DNA of 64,000 nt from an uncultured Gemmatimonadaceae bacterium. GTDB lineage: Bacteria; Gemmatimonadota; Gemmatimonadetes; Gemmatimonadales; Gemmatimonadaceae. This document shows positions 49,722 to 59,285 of the stretch, piece by piece. How positions within the stretch are numbered: the first letter of the stretch is position 1; each line of letters begins with the position of its first letter. The stretch lies in contig CAWAGQ010000008.1 in NCBI GenBank assembly GCA_963781585.1, positions 224,001 to 288,000 on the forward strand, given 5' to 3'. The position numbers and the translations under genes are program-made. A model generated the notes under the pieces. The model saw only the letters and a program-made list of their open reading frames with translations, searched no databases and was not told the origin of the DNA.

Positions 49722-50729
49722 TCAGTCCCCACTCGGAGAGCGTCCCACCGCCGTCGACGGGTCGAGCACCGAGCCCAGTCGTTCGGGACTCACATTGCCC
49801 CCGCATAGAATCACGACGATCCTGGCGTTTCGTAGCACTGGAGCCGTGTGGAAGAGCGCCGCGACGGCCACCCCAGCGGAGCCCTCGGCCACCACGTGCT
49901 CCCTCAGGAGGCAATGACGCATCGCGCTCGCGATCTCCTGCTCAGGTATTTCTACCCAGCGATCAACCAGCGTCCGGCATAGATCGAACGTGATGCTGTC
50001 GGGCTCGATGCCGCCCGCCGTCCCATCAGAAAGGGTCGGTCGGCTCGGCATCTCGATGACTCTCCCCGCTTCAACGCTTCGCGCCATGACAGGAGAGGCT
50101 TCGGGCACTGCACCGATAACCACCACTTCCGGGAGGAAGGCTTTCAGGTCCGCTGCCAATCCACCGACCAGGCCGCCACCACCCACCGCAACGATGATCG
50201 CGTCGAATCGCTCGGCTTGTCGGCGAAGCTCCGCCCCAATCGTTCCCTGTCCGGCCACCACCGCCAGATCGTTGTACGGCGAGATGTAGGGGCGCCCCGA
50301 GGCGGCCGCAACGCGACGCGCGTGCTGCTCCGTATCGAGACCGTCGCCGCCGGCAACCTGCACATCTGCCCGCGCTTCGCGTATTGCGCCGACCTTGGTC
50401 TCGGAGGCTCCTTCCGGCACGAACACCGTCACCGGAAGCCCCAGCACACGTCCGGCGTGTGCCACCGCCACGCCGTGGTTCCCCGACGACGCCGCTACCA
50501 CGCCCTGGCGCGCTTCTTCACCAAGGCTCAGCAGACAGTTCGTTGCGCCTCGCAATTTGAACGAGCCCGTGTACTGCAGATTCTCGAGCTTCAGCAGTAC
50601 CCGTTCTTTCGTCAGCGCGCGCAGCGCCGGCGATTCCAGTAGCGGCGTTTCGCGGATGAACGGCGCGATCCGGTGACAGGCAATCGCGATCTCGGCGCGC
50701 AGGGCATCCAGTGTTCGCTCAGGAGACAT
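49722..50729 (-). CDS. Threonine/serine dehydratase (second paralog)
   Basis: 'KLENLQYTGSFKLRGA', 'SSGNHG', 'SPYND..VAGQGT', 'VGGGGL' and 'CGGNV'. Confidence 0.9.
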   Translation of the reverse strand: MSPERTLDALRAEIAIACHRIAPFIRETPLLESPALRALTKERVLLKLENLQYTGSFKLRGATNCLLSLGEEARQGVVAASSGNHGVAVAHAGRVLGLPVTVFVPEGASETKVGAIREARADVQVAGGDGLDTEQHARRVAAASGRPYISPYNDLAVVAGQGTIGAELRRQAERFDAIIVAVGGGGLVGGLAADLKAFLPEVVVIGAVPEASPVMARSVEAGRVIEMPSRPTLSDGTAGGIEPDSITFDLCRTLVDRWVEIPEQEIASAMRHCLLREHVVAEGSAGVAVAALFHTAPVLRNARIVVILCGGNVSPERLGSVLDPSTAVGRSPSGD

Positions 50730-50790
50730 GTGGTCGTGACACGTCAGGGCGAGCGCTTGAAGACCGCGTCACCCTCACTGTCGTCGGCAA

Positions 50791-52167
50791 TCAGTACTTC
50801 AGCAGGTAGTTGTCGAGCTCCCACCTGGTGACCTGCGTGATGTAGTCGCGCCACTCCTCGCGCTTGGCGTGGAGAAAGTGCTTCGCCACGTGCTCGCCCA
50901 GCGCCGCCATGATCACACCGTCCTTCTCCAGTTCGTCGCATGCCTCGCTCAGATCGTGCGGGAGATCATCGATGCGCAAGCGGCGCTTCTCGCGGTGCGA
51001 CATCTCGAAGATGTTCGTATCCACCGGCTCGCGGTGATCCGCCTTGCTGTCGATGCCATCGAGTCCGGCCGCCAGCATCACGGCTAGCGCGAGGTACGGG
51101 TTCGCCGACGGATCCGGCATGCGGAGTTCCAGTCGCGTGCCGGTACTGCGCCGCTGGGGCACGCGGATCAGGGGCGAGCGGTTCCGCATCGACCATGCGA
51201 CGTTAACCGGTGCTTCGTAACCGGGCACCAGTCGCTTATAGGAGTTGACCAGTGGGTTGGTGATGGCGCAGAAGCCGCGGGCATGTGCGAGCAGACCGCC
51301 CAGATAGTGGAGCGCCACGGGACTCAGTTCCCACATGCTGTCGGCATCCCAGAAGGCGTTCTTCCCATCGTGAAACAGCGACTGGTGAGTGTGCATTCCG
51401 CTCCCATTCTGCCCGAAAATCGGCTTCGGCATGAATGAGGCGATCAGCCCGAATTGCCGGGCAACGTACTTCACCACAAATCGAAAGGTCGCGATGTTGT
51501 CGGCCGTGGTCAGGGCATCAGCATATCGAAAGTCGATCTCGTGCTGCCCGTGAGCCACCTCGTGGTGCGCTGCCTCCACTTCGAAGCCCATTTGCTCAAG
51601 CGCAGCCACGATGGCCCGGCGAGCGTCTTCTCCCAGATCGGCTGGGGCCAGATCGAAGTAGCCTCCCACGTCCTGCGTTACCGTTGTCGGAAGACCGGTG
51701 GTTTCCGGTTTGAAGACGAAGAACTCCGCCTCCATTCCCGCGTTCATGGTAAAACCCATCCCCGCTGCTCGGTCCAACTGACGTTTCAGCACTCCGCGTG
51801 GATCACCCTCGAACGGCTGGCCGTCCGGTCGGTTGATGTCGCAGATCAGACGCGCTACCCGGCTCTCCGCATCGCCCCAAGGGAAGATCCGGAACGTCGA
51901 CAAGTCAGGCGCGAGCAACATGTCGGACTCCTCGATCCGCACAAATCCCTCAATCGAGGAACCGTCGAACATGATGTCGCCGGCAAGGGCCTTCTCGAAC
52001 TGCGAGCCGGGAATCTCGACATTCTTGTTGACGCCAAGAATGTCCGTGAATTGCAGACGCAGAAACCGCACGTTCTGGCGCGACGCCAGTTCGAGGATGT
52101 CGTGCCTGGTCGCTCCGGCCAGACTTCGCGTGTTAGTCACGTGGGGAGAGGTTGACACGATTGGCAT
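50791..52167 (-). CDS. glnA: Glutamine synthetase type I
   Basis: 'FDGSSIEGF..ESDM', 'HHEVAHGQHEI', 'FMPKP..NGSGMHTHQS', 'SYKRLVPGYEAP' and 'RLELRMPDPSANPYL'. Confidence 0.96.
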   Translation of the reverse strand: MPIVSTSPHVTNTRSLAGATRHDILELASRQNVRFLRLQFTDILGVNKNVEIPGSQFEKALAGDIMFDGSSIEGFVRIEESDMLLAPDLSTFRIFPWGDAESRVARLICDINRPDGQPFEGDPRGVLKRQLDRAAGMGFTMNAGMEAEFFVFKPETTGLPTTVTQDVGGYFDLAPADLGEDARRAIVAALEQMGFEVEAAHHEVAHGQHEIDFRYADALTTADNIATFRFVVKYVARQFGLIASFMPKPIFGQNGSGMHTHQSLFHDGKNAFWDADSMWELSPVALHYLGGLLAHARGFCAITNPLVNSYKRLVPGYEAPVNVAWSMRNRSPLIRVPQRRSTGTRLELRMPDPSANPYLALAVMLAAGLDGIDSKADHREPVDTNIFEMSHREKRRLRIDDLPHDLSEACDELEKDGVIMAALGEHVAKHFLHAKREEWRDYITQVTRWELDNYLLKY

Positions 52168-52323
52168 TGCGGTTCGCCCTGCCGCCCGATCCGCTTCCGG
52201 TGCGTGGCCCGTAGCTTACGCACTCGGAGCACACGCCTCAACGCCAAGTAATGGGAACTGCACCCCTCTCTGGCGCAGGGAAGTATCTTACTCGTGCGCC
52301 CAACACCCTTCCCGATTCATGCC

Positions 52324-53142
52324 ATGAGTGCCCCGTCGCCCCCATCCCAGATCATATGCCCCGCCTGTGGCACAGCCGGAACAGGTCGGTACTGTGCAGA
52401 GTGTGGTGCCGTCCTTCAGGGTGCCACCTGCGCGGCCTGTCGTTCGCTTCTCGCTCCCGGGGCAAAGTTCTGCCACCGATGCGGAGCGACAGTCGGCTCG
52501 GCTCTCCCCGCGGCAACTCCCCTTCCGCCTGCCCACCGGGCGCCTGGTGCCCCTTCGGTAGGCTCACTCCCCTGGCTCTTTGCGGGCCTTGCCGTCGTGG
52601 CCTTGATCGTGATCCTGCTCGCTCAACGATCCGGCAATGCTGGCGTCGCAGGCGGAGGGACACCGGGCGGTGCTCCGTTTGCGGGCACTTCAGGCATGGC
52701 GTCCGCCCCCGACATCTCGTCCATGACACCTGAAGAGCGGGCCAGCCGACTTTTCGATCGTATCATGCGGTTGGCCACCGAAGGCAAGCAGGACAGCGTG
52801 AGCCTCTTTGCCTCGATGGCCATTCCCGTCTATGAGTCGTTAGGCCCCCTCAATGCGGACCAGCACTACGACTTCGGCCGTGTTGCCGAAGTGAGCGGCA
52901 GTCTCGACATCGCCGCGGCCCAAGCGGATTCGATTCTGAGACAATCACCGACTCACCTCCTCGGACTGATACTCGCCGCGCGTGTCGCCGACATGAAGGG
53001 CAACCAGGCCGCCCGGAATGCTTTCGAAAAACGATTCCTGGCCGCCCAAGCCGCCGAACTCGCGAAGAACCTCCCCGAGTACACTCTGCACCGCACCGAC
53101 ATCGAGGCCGCCGCTGCTGCCGCCAACTCTGGCAAGGGCTGA
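52324..53142 (+). CDS. Double zinc-ribbon membrane protein with TPR-like extracytoplasmic domain
   Basis: CPAC-CAEC-CAAC-CHRC; one TM; 'PTHLLGLILAA' TPR-like segment. Confidence 0.75.
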   Translation: MSAPSPPSQIICPACGTAGTGRYCAECGAVLQGATCAACRSLLAPGAKFCHRCGATVGSALPAATPLPPAHRAPGAPSVGSLPWLFAGLAVVALIVILLAQRSGNAGVAGGGTPGGAPFAGTSGMASAPDISSMTPEERASRLFDRIMRLATEGKQDSVSLFASMAIPVYESLGPLNADQHYDFGRVAEVSGSLDIAAAQADSILRQSPTHLLGLILAARVADMKGNQAARNAFEKRFLAAQAAELAKNLPEYTLHRTDIEAAAAAANSGKG

Positions 53143-53196
53143 CCCACTCGGCTGCTCCGCCTGCGTTCTAACCGTCAACTCCGCCGATCTTCACTC

Positions 53197-54039
53197 GTGA
53201 CCCCCCCCCGCACGATCCGAGTGTGCCACAGTCCGGACTCGGACGACGCCTTCATGTTCTTTGCCCTTGCCAAGGGACGGATCGCGACCGACGGCCTGAC
53301 ATATGTGCACGAACTTCAGGACATCGAAACGCTGAATCAGCGGGCCTTGCGTCGGGAGCTCGAAGTAACCGCCGTTTCCATTCACGCCTACGCTTACCTG
53401 GCGAATGACTACCTGCTTCTACCGCACGGCGCGTCGATGGGAGATCGCTACGGGCCGCGATTGGTCGCCAGGGGTCCCCTTAGTCGAACGGACATTCGCG
53501 GTCGTCGCGTGGCGATTCCGGGTCTCCTCACCAGCGCGTATCTCGCGCTCCGTCTGCTCGAGCCAGAATTCGAGGCGGTTACGACTCCGTTTGACCAGAT
53601 CGAGGCCGCAGTCGCCAGCGGAAGCGTTGATCTCGGACTCCTGATTCACGAGGGACAACTCACCTACCGCGATGTCGGACTCCACCTCGTCGTCGACCTC
53701 GGAGAGTGGTGGTATCATTCCACCGGTTTGCCACTTCCATTAGGTGGGAATATCATCCGCAGAGACCTTGGTAGCGACTTGATAGCGACAATTTCAAGAC
53801 ATCTACGAGACAGCATCGACTACTCACTAGCACATCGTCAGGACGCCTTGGATCACGCCATGGACTTCGCTCGAGGCCTCGACCGATCGCGTGCCGACAC
53901 ATTCGTGGACATGTACGTCAATAACTGGACCCGCGACTACGGCTCCCGCGGGCGCGAGGCCGTTCGCACGTTCCTGCAGCGCGGCGTTGACTCCGGCATC
54001 ATCCCGCATCCCATTCACGTCGAGTTCGCACCCGGCTGA
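53197..54039 (+). CDS. mqnD: 1,4-dihydroxy-6-naphthoate synthase (MqnA/MqnD family)
   Basis: 'HSPDSDDAFMF', 'DIETLN', 'YGP', 'IHEGQLTY', 'DLGEWW...LPLPLG' and 'MYVN'. Confidence 0.9.
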   Translation: MTPPRTIRVCHSPDSDDAFMFFALAKGRIATDGLTYVHELQDIETLNQRALRRELEVTAVSIHAYAYLANDYLLLPHGASMGDRYGPRLVARGPLSRTDIRGRRVAIPGLLTSAYLALRLLEPEFEAVTTPFDQIEAAVASGSVDLGLLIHEGQLTYRDVGLHLVVDLGEWWYHSTGLPLPLGGNIIRRDLGSDLIATISRHLRDSIDYSLAHRQDALDHAMDFARGLDRSRADTFVDMYVNNWTRDYGSRGREAVRTFLQRGVDSGIIPHPIHVEFAPG

Positions 54040-54324
54040 CACTGCTGCTGGGCGTCGCTGCAGCGCGTCATGCCGTGATCATCGGCACCGGCAAGAACCA
54101 CAGCCGCGAATGCGTACAGGCCTCGCTCCAGCACTCGGGTCAAATGCACACGCGGTCACCGTCCGACTCGACCGCGCTCCCAGTGCTGGCACCGTCGCAC
54201 CGCAGGGCCTAACGTTCGGGAGCGGCTCTGCTACGCCCGTACCGGCCATGCCCTGAGATAGACCGCCGTTCTGTAGCTCGGGCTTCCCCTCCCCTCCGTT
54301 GCCTGCCGAGCTCATTCTTCCGGC

Positions 54325-54353
54325 TTGACGCCGCGAGAACATGATTGTACTAC
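54325..54353 (+). promoter_or_regulatory. Putative sigma70 promoter
   Basis: TTGACG-N17-TACTAC, about 145 bp upstream of the 54497 ORF. Confidence 0.4.
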
Positions 54354-54496
54354 GGTGTTCGCGCCGGGACCGTCTTGACCACGGCACGTCGCCGTGCGTA
54401 TCGGCACGGTGCTACCGACGCACGGGTTGCGACTGGCAGCGGCTCGTGATCTGACTTGGCATCTGTTTGGTTGATCACATCAAGCAGGAGGCGGTC

Positions 54497-55030
54497 ATGC
54501 CGCGCGGCGAGGAGTGGACGAGGAAGCTGAGGTTCTCCGACGAGGATGAGGTGGACGACCTCGGGTATGGCGGCTCCTCGTTCGACGATGATGAGGATGA
54601 CGACGAATCGGGATGGACGTCCGCGAAACAAAGCAGCGGTCTTTGGGACGAGCCGGAGGAAGCAGTCCTCGAGGAAGAAGAGGACCTCGTCGATCTCGCT
54701 GATGAGGAACCCGCAACCACGGTTGAAGCCGAGGAGGAGGAGATCGCGGTCTTCGGGGCACCACCCCCTGTCGCACGAGTGCGGGCAGCCAGAGGTTCCA
54801 CAACGCCTCGCAAGGAGACTGCAAAACCCGCTGCGGCCAAACCCCCGGCCCGGAAGCACCCCGCGGCAGCCGTGCGAAAGTCGGCCCCCAAGAAGAAGGC
54901 CGCGAAGAAAGCCCCGCCCAGGCGCTCGAAGCCCCCGGTGAAGAAGAAGGCCACCAGAAAAGGCGCCCCGAAACGCACTGTCGCTTCCAGGAGCTCCAAG
55001 CGCAGCAAACCCGCAAAGCACAAGAAGTAA
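54497..55030 (+). CDS. Disordered bipartite protein: acidic N-half, histone H1/Hc2-like Lys-Ala-Pro C-half
   Basis: AGGAGG RBS; D/E runs, then 'KPAAAKPPARK..KKKAAKKAP..KKKATRK'. Confidence 0.75.
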   Translation: MPRGEEWTRKLRFSDEDEVDDLGYGGSSFDDDEDDDESGWTSAKQSSGLWDEPEEAVLEEEEDLVDLADEEPATTVEAEEEEIAVFGAPPPVARVRAARGSTTPRKETAKPAAAKPPARKHPAAAVRKSAPKKKAAKKAPPRRSKPPVKKKATRKGAPKRTVASRSSKRSKPAKHKK

Positions 55031-55147
55031 TCACGTCTCCGCCTCACCCGTCGTTGGCGGGCGCTGCGTCTGCAAAGGCGCAAAACACGACCATCATCGA
55101 GCCTGTCGTCTGGCGGACCAAAGCGGACCCGGGGTAATCTTCGCGTC

Positions 55148-55693
55148 ATGGCGGAGTCCCCCCTCGCACTGCTTCGCGCTCACGCGCGTCACGCTCCCTG
55201 GAATGCGCGGGGACTCGCGGCACATGTGACTGCGCTCGTTGATGCAGCCGGCGTGCGACCGACCAACACGTCGGCGCGCGCCGCACCCACCGCGCGGGCG
55301 GTGCGATTCTACGTGTCCAATCAACTGATGGACCGCCCTGACGGACTCGGGACTGCGGCCACCTACAACTACCGTCACTTCCTTCAACTCCTTGCCATCA
55401 AGATACGACAGCGCGAGGGCATTACGCTCAGCGCGATCAAGAAGGAGATCAGGGAGACAACCGGTGATGCGCTGGAACGTCGTGTAGCGCAGGCCCTCGC
55501 CCCGGTCCTTCTCACCGGCACCCCCACTGCAGCCGGACACGACGATGAGCACGCTGCGTCATGGCGGCGCATTCCCGTCGCCGACGGTATCGAACTGCAC
55601 ATACGCGACGACTCTCCTGCATCACGAGATGATACCGTGGTTGCCATGCGGGAAGCCGTCAGAACCACGTTAGGCCGAACGGAGATGCGCTGA
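55148..55693 (+). CDS. MerR-family HTH transcriptional regulator
   Basis: 'ARAVRFYVSNQLMDRP..ATYNYRH..LLAIK..EGITLSAIK'; C-terminal 'WRRIPVADGIELHI'. Confidence 0.8.
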   Translation: MAESPLALLRAHARHAPWNARGLAAHVTALVDAAGVRPTNTSARAAPTARAVRFYVSNQLMDRPDGLGTAATYNYRHFLQLLAIKIRQREGITLSAIKKEIRETTGDALERRVAQALAPVLLTGTPTAAGHDDEHAASWRRIPVADGIELHIRDDSPASRDDTVVAMREAVRTTLGRTEMR

Positions 55694-55700
55694 GGCGCCG

Positions 55701-56423
55701 ATGAGCACGACCACGGACTTCCGACAATCGGTAATCGTTATCACCGGGGTCGGGCGTCGAGGACAGGTTGGAGAGATCGTCGCCCGGGCGTTCCTTCAGC
55801 GCGGTGCAACGGTGTGCGTCGTCGAACGCGATCGTATGCTCATCGACGAGCGCGTCGCAGACCTCGCAGGGGCCGACAACAGAGTCTACGGGTTCGCATG
55901 TGACCTCACCGATCCTGCGGCCGTGGCACCGGTCGTTGATCGTCTCGAGACCCTTGCCCCTGCTGGCGTCGCCGCCTTGGTGAACATGGCAGGCGGTTTT
56001 GCCATCAGCGGTCCAGTCGGCGGCTCCGATCCCGAGACGTGGCACCGGCTCTTCTCGATAAACCTCACGACCGCGTACGTAGCTACTCGCGCCCTCCTCC
56101 CTCTGCTGCGCCGCGCACATGGCTCGATCGTCTACTTCTCCTCGGCGAGCGCCTTGCCGGGAGCGAGTGTCGCCGAAATCGCCGCCTACGCCGGCGCCAA
56201 AGGTGCCGTCCTCACCCTCATGCGCGCCGTCGCCTCGGAGGAGCGCGAGGCCGGCGTTCGTGCGAACGCGCTCGCACCAAACGCGATACGAACGACGGCA
56301 AACCTCCAGGCGATGGGCGATCGCACAACCTATGTCGAGCGGGAGACAGTTGCTGACTGGGTACTCTGGCTTGCGGCCCCGGGCTCTGGACCGGTCACAG
56401 GTCAGGTGATCAAACTCGGGTAG
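55701..56423 (+). CDS. SDR family oxidoreductase
   Basis: 'ITGVGRRGQVG', 'NMAGGF', 'YAGAK' and 'VTGQVI'. Confidence 0.88.
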   Translation: MSTTTDFRQSVIVITGVGRRGQVGEIVARAFLQRGATVCVVERDRMLIDERVADLAGADNRVYGFACDLTDPAAVAPVVDRLETLAPAGVAALVNMAGGFAISGPVGGSDPETWHRLFSINLTTAYVATRALLPLLRRAHGSIVYFSSASALPGASVAEIAAYAGAKGAVLTLMRAVASEEREAGVRANALAPNAIRTTANLQAMGDRTTYVERETVADWVLWLAAPGSGPVTGQVIKLG

Positions 56424-56433
56424 CGGAGTCCCC

Positions 56434-57321
56434 GTGCTCGGTGATCCGACTCCATCCAGGACCGATGGCTATCCGAGCTCCACTGGAAGGCGCGTGCCGG
56501 GTCGCCTTGTTCTGCTCGACCGCTCTCTGGAAGGCCTCCCGCTCTTTCGGCTCAGCGACTCATCGGAAGAGTCAGCAATCGTTTTCTTGCCGGAAGCGGG
56601 CGGGAGGTGGCGTGTGATCCCGAATCCCGGAGATCGACTTCCGGGTACCTTCGACCAGGATGTCTATGTCGAGGTGTGCCGCCGCTATGTCGATTCCGGC
56701 ATGCCTCCTGATGGGATCATCCGTTTCAAGTTGCACGCCTTTCTCCGGTCGATTGGTCGGCGCGCGGATGGCCGTACCTACGAACAACTCCGCAGTGCCC
56801 TCGTTCGGCTCGAACGCACATCGCTGGAATCCACCGCCAGTTACTGGAACGCCTCCGCAGGAAGCGCGCTCAATCTGCGCTTCAGCCTCTTTCAAGCGGT
56901 GGCCATTGACCGCAGAAGAACCCTCGACCGCGATCAGATACCTCTGTTCTCATCGCTCGCTGCCAACGAACCCGGTGACGCACGCGTCACCTTGGCGCCG
57001 ACCATACGGACCAACATCGCCGCCGGTCATGTGTCCATGGTCTCCACCGCACAGTACTTCTCACTCTCCTCTCCTGTCGCACGCAGGCTCTACCGCCTGC
57101 TCGAGGTGGCGCGCGCGGAAGGACTGTTGGTGTGGCGCATCCCGCTTACGCAACTGGCCGATCGTGTGCCGCTCTCACAGCACTATCCCTCTCACTTGAG
57201 GCGAGTCCTCCAACCGGCCCACGAAATGCTCCTTTCCGCCGGGATAGTGCGGGACGCTCGGTTTCGACAGGTCGGCCGCCGCTGGATTGCCGACTATGTT
57301 CTTGCCACTCGGCTCAGGTGA
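56434..57321 (+). CDS. Replication initiator protein A-like (plasmid RepA/TrfA-like winged-helix) protein
   Basis: 'LEGLPLFRLS', 'LPGTFDQDVY', 'GRTYEQLRSALVRL..T' and 'YFSLSSPVARRLYRLL' resemble the RepA family; recognised from memory, not searched. Confidence 0.7.
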   Translation: MLGDPTPSRTDGYPSSTGRRVPGRLVLLDRSLEGLPLFRLSDSSEESAIVFLPEAGGRWRVIPNPGDRLPGTFDQDVYVEVCRRYVDSGMPPDGIIRFKLHAFLRSIGRRADGRTYEQLRSALVRLERTSLESTASYWNASAGSALNLRFSLFQAVAIDRRRTLDRDQIPLFSSLAANEPGDARVTLAPTIRTNIAAGHVSMVSTAQYFSLSSPVARRLYRLLEVARAEGLLVWRIPLTQLADRVPLSQHYPSHLRRVLQPAHEMLLSAGIVRDARFRQVGRRWIADYVLATRLR

Positions 57322-57690
57322 AGTACTCACATTTGGCCCCAGGACGATGTCACGGTAGCGGGCAACCCAATGCTCTGACCACCCTTGATGCTGCTTCGCC
57401 TCCTCCCCCGCTGTCGGGATTTGTCGCCTGACCCCCATCCCGAGAACCCTCGGACCCTACCCGGCGTCGAACTGAGCAGTCGGGACTTCCGGGATCATCT
57501 TGCGCTGCGCTAGGCTTGAAGTAATTACCATCGGTTCGCACATCCGCGGTGTTCCCTCCCGGGCTGCGGCATCATCTTCGTGACCTCCAAAGCGGCGGCC
57601 ACGTCATGGAAGTACTCGGGGCCGAAGGAACTTGCGGCGCCCGACCACGTATTCAGACGGTAGCAAATTCACCTCTCACCGAGTCTCTCG

Positions 57691-59274
57691 ATGCGCCGGA
57701 TCCGCAAAGTCGCACTCGCGGGCGTTGTCCTTGTTCCGCTCCTTGCGGGGGCTTTCGTCGTCCAGGAACGGTCGTCCCGCGAGGGAGGGCGCCTCTTCAG
57801 TCAGGTCCTTGATCTGGTTTCGAACAAGTTTGTCGACTCGGTGAACGATGGGGATCTCTACGAGAAGGCCGCACGCGGTCTCGTCGAGCAGCTACAGGAC
57901 CCCTATTCGGAGCTGATGTCGCCTAAACAGCTCCAACAGTTCAACACCACGACCGCAGGGCGCTACGGCGGACTGGGGATGCGAATTGAGGAGCAGGCCG
58001 GCAAGGGCGTCATCGTGTCACAGGTCTTCCCCAACACGCCGGCGGAGAACGCAGGTATTCGCGAGGGCGACCAGATTGTGGCCGTGGACTCGCTATCTAC
58101 ACGAGGCTGGAACTCGCGCCGCATCTCTGATTCGCTGACAGGCACTCCGGGGACCAAGGTCACCGCCAGCTTCGCCCGGCCCGGTGTGCCTGAGCCTATC
58201 AAAGCGACGTTTACACGCGCCCTGATCCACGTCCCCGCGGTCCCCTACGCCATCGTCCTGGACGGCGGCGTCGGTTACGTCCCTCTGCAAGGATTCATGG
58301 AGACGGCGACCACCGAGATGGCGACGGCCGTCCGAAATCTGCAGACGCAGAACGTCAAGGGACTCATCATCGATCTTCGTGGCAACCCGGGTGGCTTTCT
58401 CGAGCAGGCACTTGCGATCAGCAATCTCTTCCTCAAGGAAGGGACGGAGATCGCAAGCGTTCGCGGACGAAACATGGACCCGCAGACCTACTTCGCACGC
58501 GAGCGGCCCCTCGCCGCGACGTTGCCGCTGGTCGTCCTGACCGACCAGTACACTGCGTCAGCGTCTGAAATAGTTGCGGGCGCTCTGCAGGATCATGATC
58601 GAGCGGTCATTGTCGGTTCGACGTCCTTCGGGAAAGGTCTTGTACAGAGCCTTTTCTCACTCGATGGCGGCTACGCACTCAAGATGACGACCGCGAAGTG
58701 GTATACGCCGAGCGGTCGCTCAATTCAGAAGGAGCGGCGCCTCAACGACGAGGGTATTTTGGTCGAGGTCCATCCTGACTCGCTGGAAACGGATTCGGCA
58801 CGCAAAGCGCGTCCGGTTTTCCATTCGGACGACGGCCGTATCGTGTACGGAGGAGGGGCCATCACCCCGGACCTGGTTGTACAACCCGACACGTTCACCA
58901 CCGCCGAGCAAGAGTTTCGCAAGGTCACGGCGGCAAAATGGCCGGACATCTACAGCGTGATCTACGACTACTCACTCGAACTGAAGCCGACGGTTTCGCG
59001 CGACTTTACCGTGAAGCCAGCCTGGCGTGAAGAGCTCTACCAGCGGCTCCACAAGAAGGGGATCGAGATCGACAAGAAACTCTACGATGGCGCGGCTCGG
59101 TACATCGACGACTACCTAGAACAGCGCATCACCCGGTTCGCGTTCGGGGATTCCACTGCCCGACGGCGAAGTCTCCACGACGATCCGCAGTTGCGTCGCG
59201 CCTTGGACCTTCTGCAGCATGGCCAGTCGCAGAAGGAGCTATTTACGCTCGTCGCAGCCAACAATCCGCATTAG
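57691..59274 (+). CDS. ctpA: S41A carboxyl-terminal processing protease with PDZ domain
   Basis: 'LQDPYS', 'GGLGM', 'DLRGNPGG', 'TASASEIVAGALQD', 'SFGKGLVQ' and 'TAKWYTPSGRSIQ'. Confidence 0.93.
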   Translation: MRRIRKVALAGVVLVPLLAGAFVVQERSSREGGRLFSQVLDLVSNKFVDSVNDGDLYEKAARGLVEQLQDPYSELMSPKQLQQFNTTTAGRYGGLGMRIEEQAGKGVIVSQVFPNTPAENAGIREGDQIVAVDSLSTRGWNSRRISDSLTGTPGTKVTASFARPGVPEPIKATFTRALIHVPAVPYAIVLDGGVGYVPLQGFMETATTEMATAVRNLQTQNVKGLIIDLRGNPGGFLEQALAISNLFLKEGTEIASVRGRNMDPQTYFARERPLAATLPLVVLTDQYTASASEIVAGALQDHDRAVIVGSTSFGKGLVQSLFSLDGGYALKMTTAKWYTPSGRSIQKERRLNDEGILVEVHPDSLETDSARKARPVFHSDDGRIVYGGGAITPDLVVQPDTFTTAEQEFRKVTAAKWPDIYSVIYDYSLELKPTVSRDFTVKPAWREELYQRLHKKGIEIDKKLYDGAARYIDDYLEQRITRFAFGDSTARRRSLHDDPQLRRALDLLQHGQSQKELFTLVAANNPH

Positions 59275-59285
59275 ATTCTCGAGGC

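Noticed and set aside
57322..57690. Replication origin or ncRNA downstream of the RepA-like gene
   Set aside because: No iterons, DnaA boxes, AT-rich unwinding element or recognisable RNA family seen by eye; an Infernal/Rfam scan would be needed to exclude an RNA.
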